Below are positions 45,012 to 54,673 of a DNA stretch of 64,000 nt, piece by piece. The notes below the pieces were generated by a model that saw only the letters and a list, made by a program, of their open reading frames with translations, made no database searches and had not been told where the DNA came from. The stretch covers positions 62,001 through 126,000 of the IMG/VR virus record IMGVR_UViG_3300037258_000590; one strand, written 5' to 3'. How positions within the stretch are numbered: position 1 is the stretch's first letter; every line of letters starts with the position of its first letter. The position numbers and the translations under genes were made by a program.

Positions 45012-47819
45012 TCACCGGACAGACCTTCCCGGATCGTAGTGGCGGCGGCGCTTGTTCAGTGCCCACAAGGCGAGCGTGGCTGCGGTGACCGGCGTGATGT
45101 CGGATTCGCTGTCGCGCCGGGACCAGGCTTTGCCGCCGTCGCCGACGACGCGGGTCTCGGCCCTGGCCACCGCGTGCCACATGCCAGGGGCGTTTTCCTG
45201 GCCGAAGTGGATCAGGCGCTTCCCGGGAACGGTGCTGCGGACGCTGGCGACAATGAAAGCGAACGCGGCTGCTTCGTCCGCGCTGGATGCGGTCAGGACC
45301 TCGATGCCGGCTTTGACCGCATCATCGATCAGGCCGGCGGCAGGCCCGTTCTTCGGCATCGCGATGACAATCGGCCGCCAGGCCTTGCGCAGCTCGGTCA
45401 GCCGTGGGATGACCCAGGAGACGCCCTCGCGGTGGCAGCCTTGCGGGATCTCCGCAACCGGCCGCTCGGGCTCGGCCAGGGCGAGACGCACGGCCAGCGC
45501 CTCCGGCGTGCCAGCGCGGGCGGCCATCATGGCGGCGATCTCGGTCTCGATCCCGGCGCGGGAGGGCCCGGGTACGGCAGGCCGGTACCAGGCAGCGGCG
45601 ATCGACGCGCTGAGCATGTCGGGGTCGACATCCACAGCGAACGCGATAGGCCGTGTCGTGCCGCCGGGATCGGCGATGGTGCAGGCTTCCCACTGCTCGC
45701 GGGAGATCACCGACCAGGCTTCGTCTTCGGTGGGCCAGTCGCCGACGCCGAGCCGTTCCCGGTCGAAGGCCTGGGCGCTCATCGCCTCCATTTCCTTGGC
45801 GACATGCTGGACGGAAATCCGGGTGCCGAGCGCGGGATTGGCCTTGGCCCAGGACCGCGGGTCATCCCGGTCGTCATGCAGGGCGCAGGTGACGTAGTGG
45901 TTGGTGACCCGGCCGCGCAGCTCATCTCGCGGGCAGCTGTCCAGGTGCGGGCTGACCGACCATTCAGCGCCCATCAGGCTGGCGTCATTGCGGAGCACCC
46001 GGCGCCGTACCGAGCCGAGCTGGACGGAATCCTTATAGCCGGCGGAGGCGGTGTAGATCATCTGCGGATTAGGGACGGCGCTCATGGTCGGCATCGACGC
46101 GCCGACCTGATCGTCGCTGAGGATCATAGCTTCGTCGTAGATCACCGCGTCGGCGGTGAATGACCGGCCGGAACCACGAGAGCGGGCCAGGAACCGGAGC
46201 CGCGGGGTGATCGAGCGGCGGATCATCGCGCCCGTCGAGCCGAAGATCAAGGTGGGGACCGAGCGCAGTTCGATGGCCTCGTCGCCATGGGACGTGGTGA
46301 TCGACTTGACCCGCTTGCGCAGCTCGTCGTAGGCGGTGATGGTGTCGCGGACCCGGCGGAAGTGCTCAGCGGCGGCCTTGAATTCGTGCGCGGTATGGAT
46401 CAGCATTTTCTCGCCGAACACGAACAGGCCGCCGAGTTCCCGGACTTCGAGGCAGTTGTGCGTCGGAGTGAACGTGTGCCCGAGCAGGAACACGCCGTCT
46501 TTCGCGACGACGGTAATGCACCGGACCGGCACCGAGGGCACCGGCCGGACATCAGTGATGCTCATCAGCTCATGCCGCCGGGATACGGGGAACCGCCAGC
46601 GCTCGGCCTTGCGAGGGAGAGCGAACGGGTTAAACGAGGGCGTCCACAAGAACCTGGCCTGATCCCGGTGCGGCTGGCCATTCAGTGACACAGGGCGATC
46701 CCGGCGCGCTACCCGGATACCGAGACTCCGGGCCAGCCGGTGGAATCCCTCCGCGATCCGGGGATTCGACGCCGTGAACTCCGCCTGGGGCGATTTGTTC
46801 GTGATGGCGATAGAGCCATCTGAGTCCATCAGCCCGCGCAGCAGCGCCAGCCGCTGAACCGGGGAGGCCGTCAGGTAGATCTCCGGGATGTGCTTATCGC
46901 CCCAGACGCCTAGGCGCCGGCAGCGTGACTCGAATCCGTCGCGCATGCGGCCGAGGGTGATGCGAACATCCCATACGCCGCGCAAGGCCTGCTCCCGGGC
47001 ACTGGCCTTTGCTCCAGCTGCGCTCACGAGTGCCTGAACCCATTCCAGGTCTGCCTTGCCGCACGTAATGACAGGACCTTTCGCGTACCCGTCGCCCAGC
47101 CAGTATCCGAGCAGGTACGGGTCAACTGGCAAGGCAGCCTCGGGTGTATCGGGCACCGCGTCGCACCGCACCCGGTAACGGTAGGCCTTCCGGCCCGTAT
47201 CCCGCGGGGGGAAGGCGAAGTCGCCGGCGATTCTTCCCGTAGTGAGATCCTGCCACCGGCCCCTGGTGTCCCTGACGTGCCAGAGGTGATCTTCATCAGC
47301 GGTATACACCGACCCGTCAGTAAACGTCACGGCGTAACACGGCCGGTCCCGGAAAACGCCGGTTACCGCCGTGACCCGCGTCGGCTGGCCGTCCGATCCG
47401 TACACGAAATCTCCGGGGAGCAGAGCACCTATTGCCTGCCAGCCCCGGTTTACTGTCAGTACCGGTGTAATGACAGAAATCGCCTGATTTTTCCCGTTCT
47501 GGCGGCTGACGATGAGCATGCACTCGAATGCGGCCCATTTGCCGTCCGGCTGGGTACCGCAGGCCTCGGTCAGCCACCATTGCTGCCACGGGTCCAGGTC
47601 GTAGCCGAAACCGGCACCCCAGTCCAGCAGGTCGCTGCTCTGGTAATCCCCGCACCCGCAGGCGTAATCGCGGTTGTCACAGGAAACGCAGGCCGGGTTC
47701 TTCTCCCGGTGCCTCGGCGGCGCGGTCCAGAATCTCGGCTCCTGGCTGCCGGTGAGCCCGCGCAGGACCTGGCCGCCAGGCAGGATAAAGTCCGGCACGA
47801 CCCGCAGCGTGACAGGCAT
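45012..47819 (-). CDS. terL: Terminase large subunit with intein
   Basis: DPWQ, Walker A SRQNGK, HTAH, GRSFTAD.VIYDEAM, ANPALG, FDRERLG, FAVDVDPD, SDITPV.A. Confidence 0.93.
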   Translation of the reverse strand: MPVTLRVVPDFILPGGQVLRGLTGSQEPRFWTAPPRHREKNPACVSCDNRDYACGCGDYQSSDLLDWGAGFGYDLDPWQQWWLTEACGTQPDGKWAAFECMLIVSRQNGKNQAISVITPVLTVNRGWQAIGALLPGDFVYGSDGQPTRVTAVTGVFRDRPCYAVTFTDGSVYTADEDHLWHVRDTRGRWQDLTTGRIAGDFAFPPRDTGRKAYRYRVRCDAVPDTPEAALPVDPYLLGYWLGDGYAKGPVITCGKADLEWVQALVSAAGAKASAREQALRGVWDVRITLGRMRDGFESRCRRLGVWGDKHIPEIYLTASPVQRLALLRGLMDSDGSIAITNKSPQAEFTASNPRIAEGFHRLARSLGIRVARRDRPVSLNGQPHRDQARFLWTPSFNPFALPRKAERWRFPVSRRHELMSITDVRPVPSVPVRCITVVAKDGVFLLGHTFTPTHNCLEVRELGGLFVFGEKMLIHTAHEFKAAAEHFRRVRDTITAYDELRKRVKSITTSHGDEAIELRSVPTLIFGSTGAMIRRSITPRLRFLARSRGSGRSFTADAVIYDEAMILSDDQVGASMPTMSAVPNPQMIYTASAGYKDSVQLGSVRRRVLRNDASLMGAEWSVSPHLDSCPRDELRGRVTNHYVTCALHDDRDDPRSWAKANPALGTRISVQHVAKEMEAMSAQAFDRERLGVGDWPTEDEAWSVISREQWEACTIADPGGTTRPIAFAVDVDPDMLSASIAAAWYRPAVPGPSRAGIETEIAAMMAARAGTPEALAVRLALAEPERPVAEIPQGCHREGVSWVIPRLTELRKAWRPIVIAMPKNGPAAGLIDDAVKAGIEVLTASSADEAAAFAFIVASVRSTVPGKRLIHFGQENAPGMWHAVARAETRVVGDGGKAWSRRDSESDITPVTAATLALWALNKRRRHYDPGRSVR
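46455..47483 (-). mobile_element. Class 3 intein with LAGLIDADG endonuclease in TerL (343 aa)
   Basis: Starts with Ala (AISV); block B DEDHLW, block F VRCITV, block G PTHN, Cys+1; LLGYWLGDG and LLRGLMDSDG. Confidence 0.88.
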
Positions 47820-48418
47820 GACCGGAGCCGGGGCCCTTCCCAGTCGGAGGAGAGGTCAGGTTCCCGGCTCCGGAATTCACGGCCGCGGGCGTTGCTGTCT
47901 GTAAGAGTACCGGCCAACTACGCATTATCCCGCGCGGGACGGCCGGGTCAGGGCGGGATCATGCGCTCAGCCAGCCCACCTGCACCTGACCGTGCTGTGA
48001 CGAGGATTCAGCTCGCGTATCTGGTCAGATTCCGCCCGGCCTAGGTGCTCTGGCAGCACCGTCACGTAATCCGCCAGCGCGACCTCGCCCCGCCACACGG
48101 CTTATGCCGGCGGCACGCCCGCCATGATCTGCGCGACCTGCGCCGGCTTCCCGGCGTACAGGCATGTGCCTGTGGCGTCCCGCAGGATCTGCCGCGAGTG
48201 CGCACCGCAACTTGCAGGAGTCTCCGCAGCCCGGCGGGCGCCTCAGCCCCGGCCGGGCTGCGGTACCGGGCGGCGCGGCCGGCATCCGCTGCCGGACAAC
48301 CCAGCGGCCCGCAGGTAGCAGTCCCGTCCATGCGCCCGTCTGCTGTAAAACGGAGTAATGGCTGCCCTTACCGGCACATCGACCCGGCTGCCGTTACCTA
48401 TTATCCCGGGAAAAACCT

Positions 48419-48760
48419 TTACGCCTTGTCCGCGGGCGCATCAGCCCGGCCGTCACTGTCTAGCCTGCCAGGCCGAGGCCACTCCCGGGTGCAGGCCCGG
48501 CACAGGTGCCGCAGGTGATTATCGTCCGGCGCGGATCCGCAAGCGTGCTCGCCGTCTTCAGCTGTACAGGTCTTTCCCATGGCCCGGCGCTGGGCAAGCA
48601 CGAACTCGATGTCGCGCAAATCGTGCTCGGTCAGGCCGGCGATATGCCGGTTCCGGGCCAGGACCAGTTCCAGCTTGCCGCCGCAGCCGTGCTCAAGGAT
48701 CTCAACGTGCACGGGGTTACCCGATCCCAGCCCATGCCCCGGCCTGGATGCCGATGGCAA
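48419..48760 (-). CDS. Hypothetical protein
   Basis: C...H.C...H.CRAC motif; start uncertain. Confidence 0.4.
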   Translation of the reverse strand: MPSASRPGHGLGSGNPVHVEILEHGCGGKLELVLARNRHIAGLTEHDLRDIEFVLAQRRAMGKTCTAEDGEHACGSAPDDNHLRHLCRACTREWPRPGRLDSDGRADAPADKA

Positions 48761-48898
48761 GCACCCCGGCCTGGATGCCGAACGTCACGGCCATCATGCC
48801 GCCGGTGACAAACGCGGCAATGCCAGCACGGAGCATGATCAGGGCAATGACGGAGAACGCGAAAACGACGTGAGGACTGCGCGCGACGGCGAGCGTGA

Positions 48899-50185
48899 TC
48901 ATGCCAGGGCCTCCGAAGCGGCCAGCTTGCGGTCCGGGCCGGGGCCGCAGGAACGGAGCACCAGCGGGGCCTGAGCGACCCGGGCCAGGTCATGTGCCAG
49001 GACATCGGGGCTGCTAGCAGGCTCATCCTCGTAAACCGGCTTGCTGCCGGACAGAACCCGGGTGAACCCTTCCTGCCAGGGCAGGTTCCGTGGCGGCCCA
49101 GGATGCAGCCGCGTAATGCGAGTGCCGTACAGGCCGGTGTAGGCGGTGCACAACCGGAGCCGGCTCACGTCGGCGTCCAGGTGGGTGACGGCGAGCCCGT
49201 CGATGCCGCCGCTGGCCTGGACGGCGTAGTCCAGGGCCAGCGCGTCAGGGTGGCCGAGCCGGAACGCGCCCTGCCACTGACCGGCCGTGTTGCGCGGCTC
49301 TGCGAAGTCCAGTGCCGGGTCCTCGGTGACGAACGGGCCAGCACCGTGCCGGGTCATGTAGGAGCGGGTGACCCCGAGCACGTAACCTTGCTCGTCCTGC
49401 TCGGCAAGCAGCGTCTGAGCGTTCGCCGAGGTAGTGGTGGACCAGGTGGTATACGGATGCCAGCCGCGCCATTCGTCCAGCAGGACGCCCTGAGCGCCCT
49501 CGAAGATGACAGGGCCCTGCTGCAGCAGCTGGCTCAGGTGCGGGCTGCCGTCCACCAGGCGGATACGCGCGGCGAACGCCGCGTACGCTTCGGTGAGATC
49601 CGCGGCGCTGGGTACGCCCCCCAGAGGGCCGGCATCCTCGGCGAGCAGCAGCCGGGCCCAGGTCAGCTTGCGGCGCAGCTCCCAGGCCGGGCCGGCGCAG
49701 TCCCCGGCGCGGACCGCGGCGTCAGGGTGCTCCAGCGCGCACCGGGCGGTCTCCCCGATGCCCACGCCGCACGACCCGTGCCGGCCGGCACCGCGGGCGT
49801 TTTCCCGGGCCTGGTTAGCAGCGGCGTGGTACGGCGTGGTGATCAGGGCTTCGCGGTCCACGGCGATCAGGTCCAGCGGCGCGGGCACGCCGATAGCGGC
49901 CAGGTGCGCGGCTTCAGCGGCCAGCGCGAGCGGGTCGAGCATCATGTAGCGGCTCAGGAACGTCGGCACGCCATGCAGGGTGCCGGACCCGAACTGCGCG
50001 AAAACGTGCTCGCGCATGACGTGAATCACGTTGTGGCCAGCTTGCGCGCCGCCGTTGTGCCGGACCACGGCGGCGACGGGCCGCTCCCCCCGCAGCGCGG
50101 TGCCGCGAGGGGAGCACAGCCAGTCGGTGACCGAGCCCTTCCCCTCGTCACCGAACCCGAGTCCGGTAACTATGACATGAGTCAC
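48899..50185 (-). CDS. Adenylosuccinate synthetase-like protein
   Basis: GLGFGDEGKG, RHNGGAQAGHNV, HGSCGVGIG, EGAQGVLLD, PYTTWSTT, TRHGAGP. Confidence 0.82.
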   Translation of the reverse strand: MTHVIVTGLGFGDEGKGSVTDWLCSPRGTALRGERPVAAVVRHNGGAQAGHNVIHVMREHVFAQFGSGTLHGVPTFLSRYMMLDPLALAAEAAHLAAIGVPAPLDLIAVDREALITTPYHAAANQARENARGAGRHGSCGVGIGETARCALEHPDAAVRAGDCAGPAWELRRKLTWARLLLAEDAGPLGGVPSAADLTEAYAAFAARIRLVDGSPHLSQLLQQGPVIFEGAQGVLLDEWRGWHPYTTWSTTTSANAQTLLAEQDEQGYVLGVTRSYMTRHGAGPFVTEDPALDFAEPRNTAGQWQGAFRLGHPDALALDYAVQASGGIDGLAVTHLDADVSRLRLCTAYTGLYGTRITRLHPGPPRNLPWQEGFTRVLSGSKPVYEDEPASSPDVLAHDLARVAQAPLVLRSCGPGPDRKLAASEALA

Positions 50186-51150
50186 AGCCGGTCGCTGCCT
50201 GAGCCGCTGCCGTACAGGTCAGCTGGCGCGGCGGCACTGACGACCTGGCCGCCGCGGGCCGAGCCGAGCGTGGCCAGCGCCTTGCCGACGACACCGCCGG
50301 CGGTGGACCCGACATCGTGCAGGTCGGACAGGCCGCCGTCCAGGTCAGTGGCGTCTTCAGCCAGGCCGATGGTCAGCGCGATGGTTTCGGCTACGGCGTC
50401 AAGGTCGTCCAGCGCGATGACGTTCTGGCCGAACAGCTTGCGCCAGAACTCCAGCACCTGCGCGTCACCAGCGTGAGCGGTCCCGGCAGGGATGATGAAG
50501 TAGACGTCCCAGCGTTGCAGGACCTCTGCGACGATGGTCTCCAGCGGGATGTCCTCGCTCAGCTCGTCGCCGATGATCCTGGCTACCTCGCGTGCTTTGA
50601 CCTGCGGGTAGGCCATCTCGTCCCCGATGAGGAAGCAGTATCCCCGCCGGCGGCGCTTGTCCCAGGCGTCAGTCTGGACGTGCCGGGCGAGCCAGTACAG
50701 GAACAGCTCGTACGATTCGGTTTTCTGGCCGCCGCCGTTGCCTTCGAGATAGATCTTGCCGAGAACTTCCTCCATCGCGTTACCAGACTCGAACTCTCCT
50801 ACCTGCAAGGGGGCACGATCAGTGGTAGCGTCCCCGATCGCCCCGAACATGACCTGCGGGTGCGCGACGTAACCCTTGAGCAGCAGCAGGCCGAGCAGCG
50901 CCGGCAGTTTAGCCTGAAGCCCGCGCGGCACCTTGTCCATGGACCCGGTGACGTCGAACGGCACGGCAACCGGCGTCGACTCGGGGTGCTCCGCGGAGTC
51001 CCGGGATTCCCTGTCCGCACCTCTCGGGTCGAGATCAGCATGCACCTTCGTGGCCCCGCTGTCGCTGTACGCGAAGTCGCTGACGCTATGCATGCTCCGG
51101 TAGGCCTTAGCGGCGTCATACGTGCTGGCTGACCAGCTTCCTCGTCCCAT
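50182..51150 (-). CDS. VWA-like domain protein
   Basis: FDVTGSM MIDAS-like motif, AIGD, GGGQKTESYE, FLIGDE. Confidence 0.72.
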   Translation of the reverse strand: MGRGSWSASTYDAAKAYRSMHSVSDFAYSDSGATKVHADLDPRGADRESRDSAEHPESTPVAVPFDVTGSMDKVPRGLQAKLPALLGLLLLKGYVAHPQVMFGAIGDATTDRAPLQVGEFESGNAMEEVLGKIYLEGNGGGQKTESYELFLYWLARHVQTDAWDKRRRRGYCFLIGDEMAYPQVKAREVARIIGDELSEDIPLETIVAEVLQRWDVYFIIPAGTAHAGDAQVLEFWRKLFGQNVIALDDLDAVAETIALTIGLAEDATDLDGGLSDLHDVGSTAGGVVGKALATLGSARGGQVVSAAAPADLYGSGSGSDRL

Positions 51151-52109
51151 TACGGCGTCCTTCCTGCAGTTGTCCCCGTAGCCGGGATGGCGAACGGGCG
51201 GAACGTGCGCGGCCCCCAGAGCCGCTCGATCAGGTCATCAAGGTCGGCAAGCGCGGCCCAGGCGTCCAGGTCCGGGATGAGCTGACAGCCCCGGGCGAAC
51301 GCGGCCAGCTGACGTGGCAAGACGGCCGGCCAGATAAGCCAGGTCATCAGTTTCGCGGCCATGGCCACGTCGGTGCCGGTCCTGGCGGTCTTGCTGTCCA
51401 GGACTGCGGCCGGGTACCAGGAACGCCAGGCGCGGGGCACGGCGGTGAGCTGATGCTGCGGCCCGGCGCCGGAATAACACCAGTCGGCCAGGACAAGGCC
51501 GTGCTCGGCAGGGTGGATCAGGACATGCGGCGGCAGCACGGCGCCGTGGACGAGGCCGGCCCGGCTGGCGCCGCCGAGCGCGAACAGCAGCCGCCGCCAC
51601 ATCCAGGCGGCATCCCGCGGGTCCAGGCCGCCAGGATAGGCAGTATGCACGGTTCCGAGCATGACGAAGCCGTTCAGCTCGGCGATCGTGTTCACCTGGC
51701 GGGTCATGCCGGTGCCCGGGTCCTTCTGCCGCACGGCGGTGACCAGGGCAGGATAGAACGCGCGGACCTTGACGGGCGCGTCGCTGGCGAGCGTGCGCAG
51801 AGCACGGGCTTCGGCGCGCATGAGATCGCTGTCGGCCGGGTCGCGGGGCATCTTGGCGAGCTGGCCCGGCCCGGCCCGGTACAGGTTGGCGATATCACCG
51901 CGGTACGCGAGATCGCTGTCTCCCCGGGCGGCGCCGGCTTTCAGCTCGCCGAGCCGCTTGAACGCAGCCTCAGCGGCCGGATTGCCGGGATTGGTGTCCG
52001 GGTGCACGGCGGCGGCCAGCGACCGGAAGCCTGGTTTGCCGTCACCGAACAGGTCGGCGGCCACTCGCGCGGCCATGATCAGCTTGATCGCGTCACCGGC
52101 GGCCATCAT
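51150..52109 (-). CDS. J-domain (HPD) plus divergent protein-kinase-like protein
   Basis: AAVHPDTNPG..AEAAFKRL; VHGAVLPPHVLI and LADWCYS in kinase-motif positions. Confidence 0.65.
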   Translation of the reverse strand: MMAAGDAIKLIMAARVAADLFGDGKPGFRSLAAAVHPDTNPGNPAAEAAFKRLGELKAGAARGDSDLAYRGDIANLYRAGPGQLAKMPRDPADSDLMRAEARALRTLASDAPVKVRAFYPALVTAVRQKDPGTGMTRQVNTIAELNGFVMLGTVHTAYPGGLDPRDAAWMWRRLLFALGGASRAGLVHGAVLPPHVLIHPAEHGLVLADWCYSGAGPQHQLTAVPRAWRSWYPAAVLDSKTARTGTDVAMAAKLMTWLIWPAVLPRQLAAFARGCQLIPDLDAWAALADLDDLIERLWGPRTFRPFAIPATGTTAGRTP

Positions 52110-52834
52110 CAGTCCTCGCTTCCCAGGCGGGCCTGTGCAGCAGCCTGCATTACCCCCGCGGCGATCATCGCGCCGCCGCCCCGGCGCAGCACGATGCCCG
52201 TATCGCCCATGCCGGCCGGCGTTGCCCCGTATTCTGCGGACCTGGCCGGGAGGACCAGCATCTGGTCCAGGGCCGCAGCCAGCTCCTCTTCAGACAATCG
52301 CAGCATCCCGGCACCCGCACCCGGAAGATTTCCTTCCGCAGCCATCTGCAGGATGGCCGCGAACGCCTCGCAGTTACCCGTCGCGTCGTTGACCGGATGG
52401 TGATCGTGCCTGGTCCGGCGGAAAGACTTCCACTTCTGGGTGTTGCCCCAGGCCCCGTTCAGGCCCGCCCAGAAATCCGAGATCCGCCGGGCCGAATGGC
52501 CGAACGGATTAGCCACGCCCGCGGCGTCGCACATGCCGGCGATCCACATGAAGTCATACGCCGGGTTATCCGAGACCATCACCGGGCGGTCGCCCTCGCA
52601 CACCGCGGCTACCCACCTGATCAGATCGGCGGCTACCTCGAAGTTCCCGTTGAGCCGCTTGCCGACCACGGGGACAGCCGGGTTCTCCGGGTCCGGAGAG
52701 GACTCGAACAGCTGGCCGTAGAAGCTGACCCGGCTGGCGTAGTGCACCGCGCCGAATTCGGTCAGCGTGCCGTTCACCGGGGAAGTCCCGCGGGCTTCGC
52801 AGTCCACGAAGACCAGGTTGCTCATCCGGGACAT
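52109..52834 (-). CDS. DEDD 3'-5' exoribonuclease-like protein
   Basis: FVDCE, SDNPAYD, HHPVNDA. Confidence 0.75.
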   Translation of the reverse strand: MSRMSNLVFVDCEARGTSPVNGTLTEFGAVHYASRVSFYGQLFESSPDPENPAVPVVGKRLNGNFEVAADLIRWVAAVCEGDRPVMVSDNPAYDFMWIAGMCDAAGVANPFGHSARRISDFWAGLNGAWGNTQKWKSFRRTRHDHHPVNDATGNCEAFAAILQMAAEGNLPGAGAGMLRLSEEELAAALDQMLVLPARSAEYGATPAGMGDTGIVLRRGGGAMIAAGVMQAAAQARLGSED

Positions 52835-52857
52835 GCGCACTCCTCCTGAGCTGGCGG

Positions 52858-53412
52858 TCATGGCGTTTCCAGGGCCAGCATCTCGCGGGTCATCATCAGG
52901 GCGACGCCGAGCCAGTTGTGCCCGGCCCAGGTCTTGCCGGCCTGGGGCCACCAGGGCAGCTCGCGAGACCATTTCGGATGCCCTTCGGCGACGGCCCCCC
53001 AGTCAGTGTCGCCATGCCAGTTGCCTTCTACGAGGACCCGCTTGGCGGTGGCGAGCAAGGCGGCGCACAGGTCCGGGTGCTGGGTGTACTTGCAGAGCTG
53101 AACCTGGAGCATGACCGCGCCGCGGAGCTGATCCCAGCCGGGCCGGAGCCGGATCGCGCGGCCCATGCGCCTGGCCTGCTGCCAGGTTCCCAGGCGGGCG
53201 ATCCGCTCACGTTCCTCCCAGTCCAGGCTCTTGGCCCCGTGGAAGGCGTGCTCAGCGCTCGGGTACACGGTGTTCTCGAACCAGATCACGCACGGGTGCG
53301 GGTTGGCCAGGAACGCGTGCTCGCCGCGGAAGCTGATGACGGGTTCCGCGGCGAGGCCGCCGGCAGCACGGACGGCAGCCGCAGCGACATCAAACCGCAT
53401 GACCTCGTTCAC
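52858..53412 (-). CDS. NADAR (YbiA-like) family protein
   Basis: FLAN..PC, YPSAEHAFHGAK, LRPGWD, LLAT..LVEGN..DTDWG, GHNWLG.ALM..R. Confidence 0.88.
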   Translation of the reverse strand: MNEVMRFDVAAAAVRAAGGLAAEPVISFRGEHAFLANPHPCVIWFENTVYPSAEHAFHGAKSLDWEERERIARLGTWQQARRMGRAIRLRPGWDQLRGAVMLQVQLCKYTQHPDLCAALLATAKRVLVEGNWHGDTDWGAVAEGHPKWSRELPWWPQAGKTWAGHNWLGVALMMTREMLALETP

Positions 53413-53604
53413 GGGAATCCTGCCCCGGCGATCAGGACGAGCCCGATGAAAACGCAGACCGCAATAAACCCGGTGATCTCAGGTTCGGCAGCGCATGCGC
53501 ACAGGCCGCGCCGGATCTTGTCCCGGACGCACAGCAAGCAGGCGCGTTCCGTCACGGGCGCCTTTTCCTGGCTGTTGCCGCTCATGCTGTCGTGGCGTCC
53601 TTCC

Positions 53605-54405
53605 TCAGACTTTCGGGTAGCCGGGCGTCCAGGTACCGTTCTCATCCTGCTTGAAGTCCCCGAACACGGCCGGCAGCTCAGCTTGCATGATCCGCGCCAC
53701 GATGCCGAATACGAGCCGGATCTCTTCCTCCGCGCCGGGGCTGGTGCGCTCGGCGATGACGTGCCGGAGCGCCCGCAGGTTCGCGGTCCACAGCAGTCCG
53801 GTGGCGACACCTTCAGGTGCCAGGCGGCGCATAAACGACGTGCGGGCTTTTTTCTCGGCCATGGTCACGCCATCGCGGTCCAGGCCGAAATGCGCGGCCA
53901 TCCACTGCTGCAGTTCTTCCAGCCGGGCCAGCTCGCCGGTTACCCGGGCGGCCAGTTCCTCATCAGCGGCGGCCCAGTCCGGCAGCCAGAACGGGAGGTC
54001 GTCCAGCCGGACGAACCGCAAGGATTCCTGGCTTACCGCGGTGCCGGGACGGTGCCTGACCAGTTCGTGGGTAAACACGCGCGAAACCCCGTGGAAGACG
54101 AAGCTGTAGCTGACATGCTCCAGCACCGACCCGTGCCGCTGCCTGAGGATGTTATCCAGGTACTCGGCCTGCCCTGCCCGGACCCGGGTGATGTTCGGGT
54201 TGAGGCCCGGTTTCCAGGACCGGTAGCACATTCTCCCAGCGAACTCCACCAGGTCACAGCCGTCTCCGGACAGCGCAAGTTCCTGACTGGAGCACAGCCG
54301 GCTGATCCAGTCCTGCCCGCCGACGTCTTCCAGGTAGGCGGCCATCCCAGCGTAGTCGGGTACGGTGCGGGCGACGACGTGCACGCTAGGCGCTACGTTT
54401 CTCAT
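53605..54405 (-). CDS. thyX: Flavin-dependent thymidylate synthase
   Basis: AGRMCYRS, RHGSVLEH, THELVRHR, SQESLRF, ANLRALRH, AEEEIR. Confidence 0.9.
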   Translation of the reverse strand: MRNVAPSVHVVARTVPDYAGMAAYLEDVGGQDWISRLCSSQELALSGDGCDLVEFAGRMCYRSWKPGLNPNITRVRAGQAEYLDNILRQRHGSVLEHVSYSFVFHGVSRVFTHELVRHRPGTAVSQESLRFVRLDDLPFWLPDWAAADEELAARVTGELARLEELQQWMAAHFGLDRDGVTMAEKKARTSFMRRLAPEGVATGLLWTANLRALRHVIAERTSPGAEEEIRLVFGIVARIMQAELPAVFGDFKQDENGTWTPGYPKV

Positions 54406-54507
54406 GGATAACCCCTCCGGGCGTTTTTCCGGGCTGGCGGGAAACGGCAGTTCTGCGGGCCGCCGGAGATGCTGCTCACGCAAAGCCAGCAGTCTCCGGC
54501 GGGCCGC

Positions 54508-54670
54508 CAGGATCCGCGCAATGCGGATAACGCGGATCACAGTGCAGGCCCGCGGCCGGAAGCCTGGCTTGCTGTCACCGAACAGGCCGGCGGCCACTCG
54601 CGCGGCGGTTCCGCGCTGAGGCCGCCGCCAGTACGGACGGCAGCCTCAGTGACATCAAACCGCAGGATCT
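54508..54670 (-). repeat. Mosaic of diverged copies of the NADAR and J-kinase gene starts plus a 55316-55349 segment
   Basis: Similar to 53340-53412, 52020-52072 and 55320-55349. Confidence 0.7.
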
Positions 54671-54673
54671 CGT

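Noticed and set aside
47900-48400. terS or HNH gene directly upstream of terL
   Set aside because: No frame with convincing motifs or start signals
48899-50185. PurZ (2-aminoadenine DNA pathway)
   Set aside because: It retains GDEGKG with the catalytic Asp rather than the PurZ-type Ser substitution; no dATPase/MazZ partner recognised
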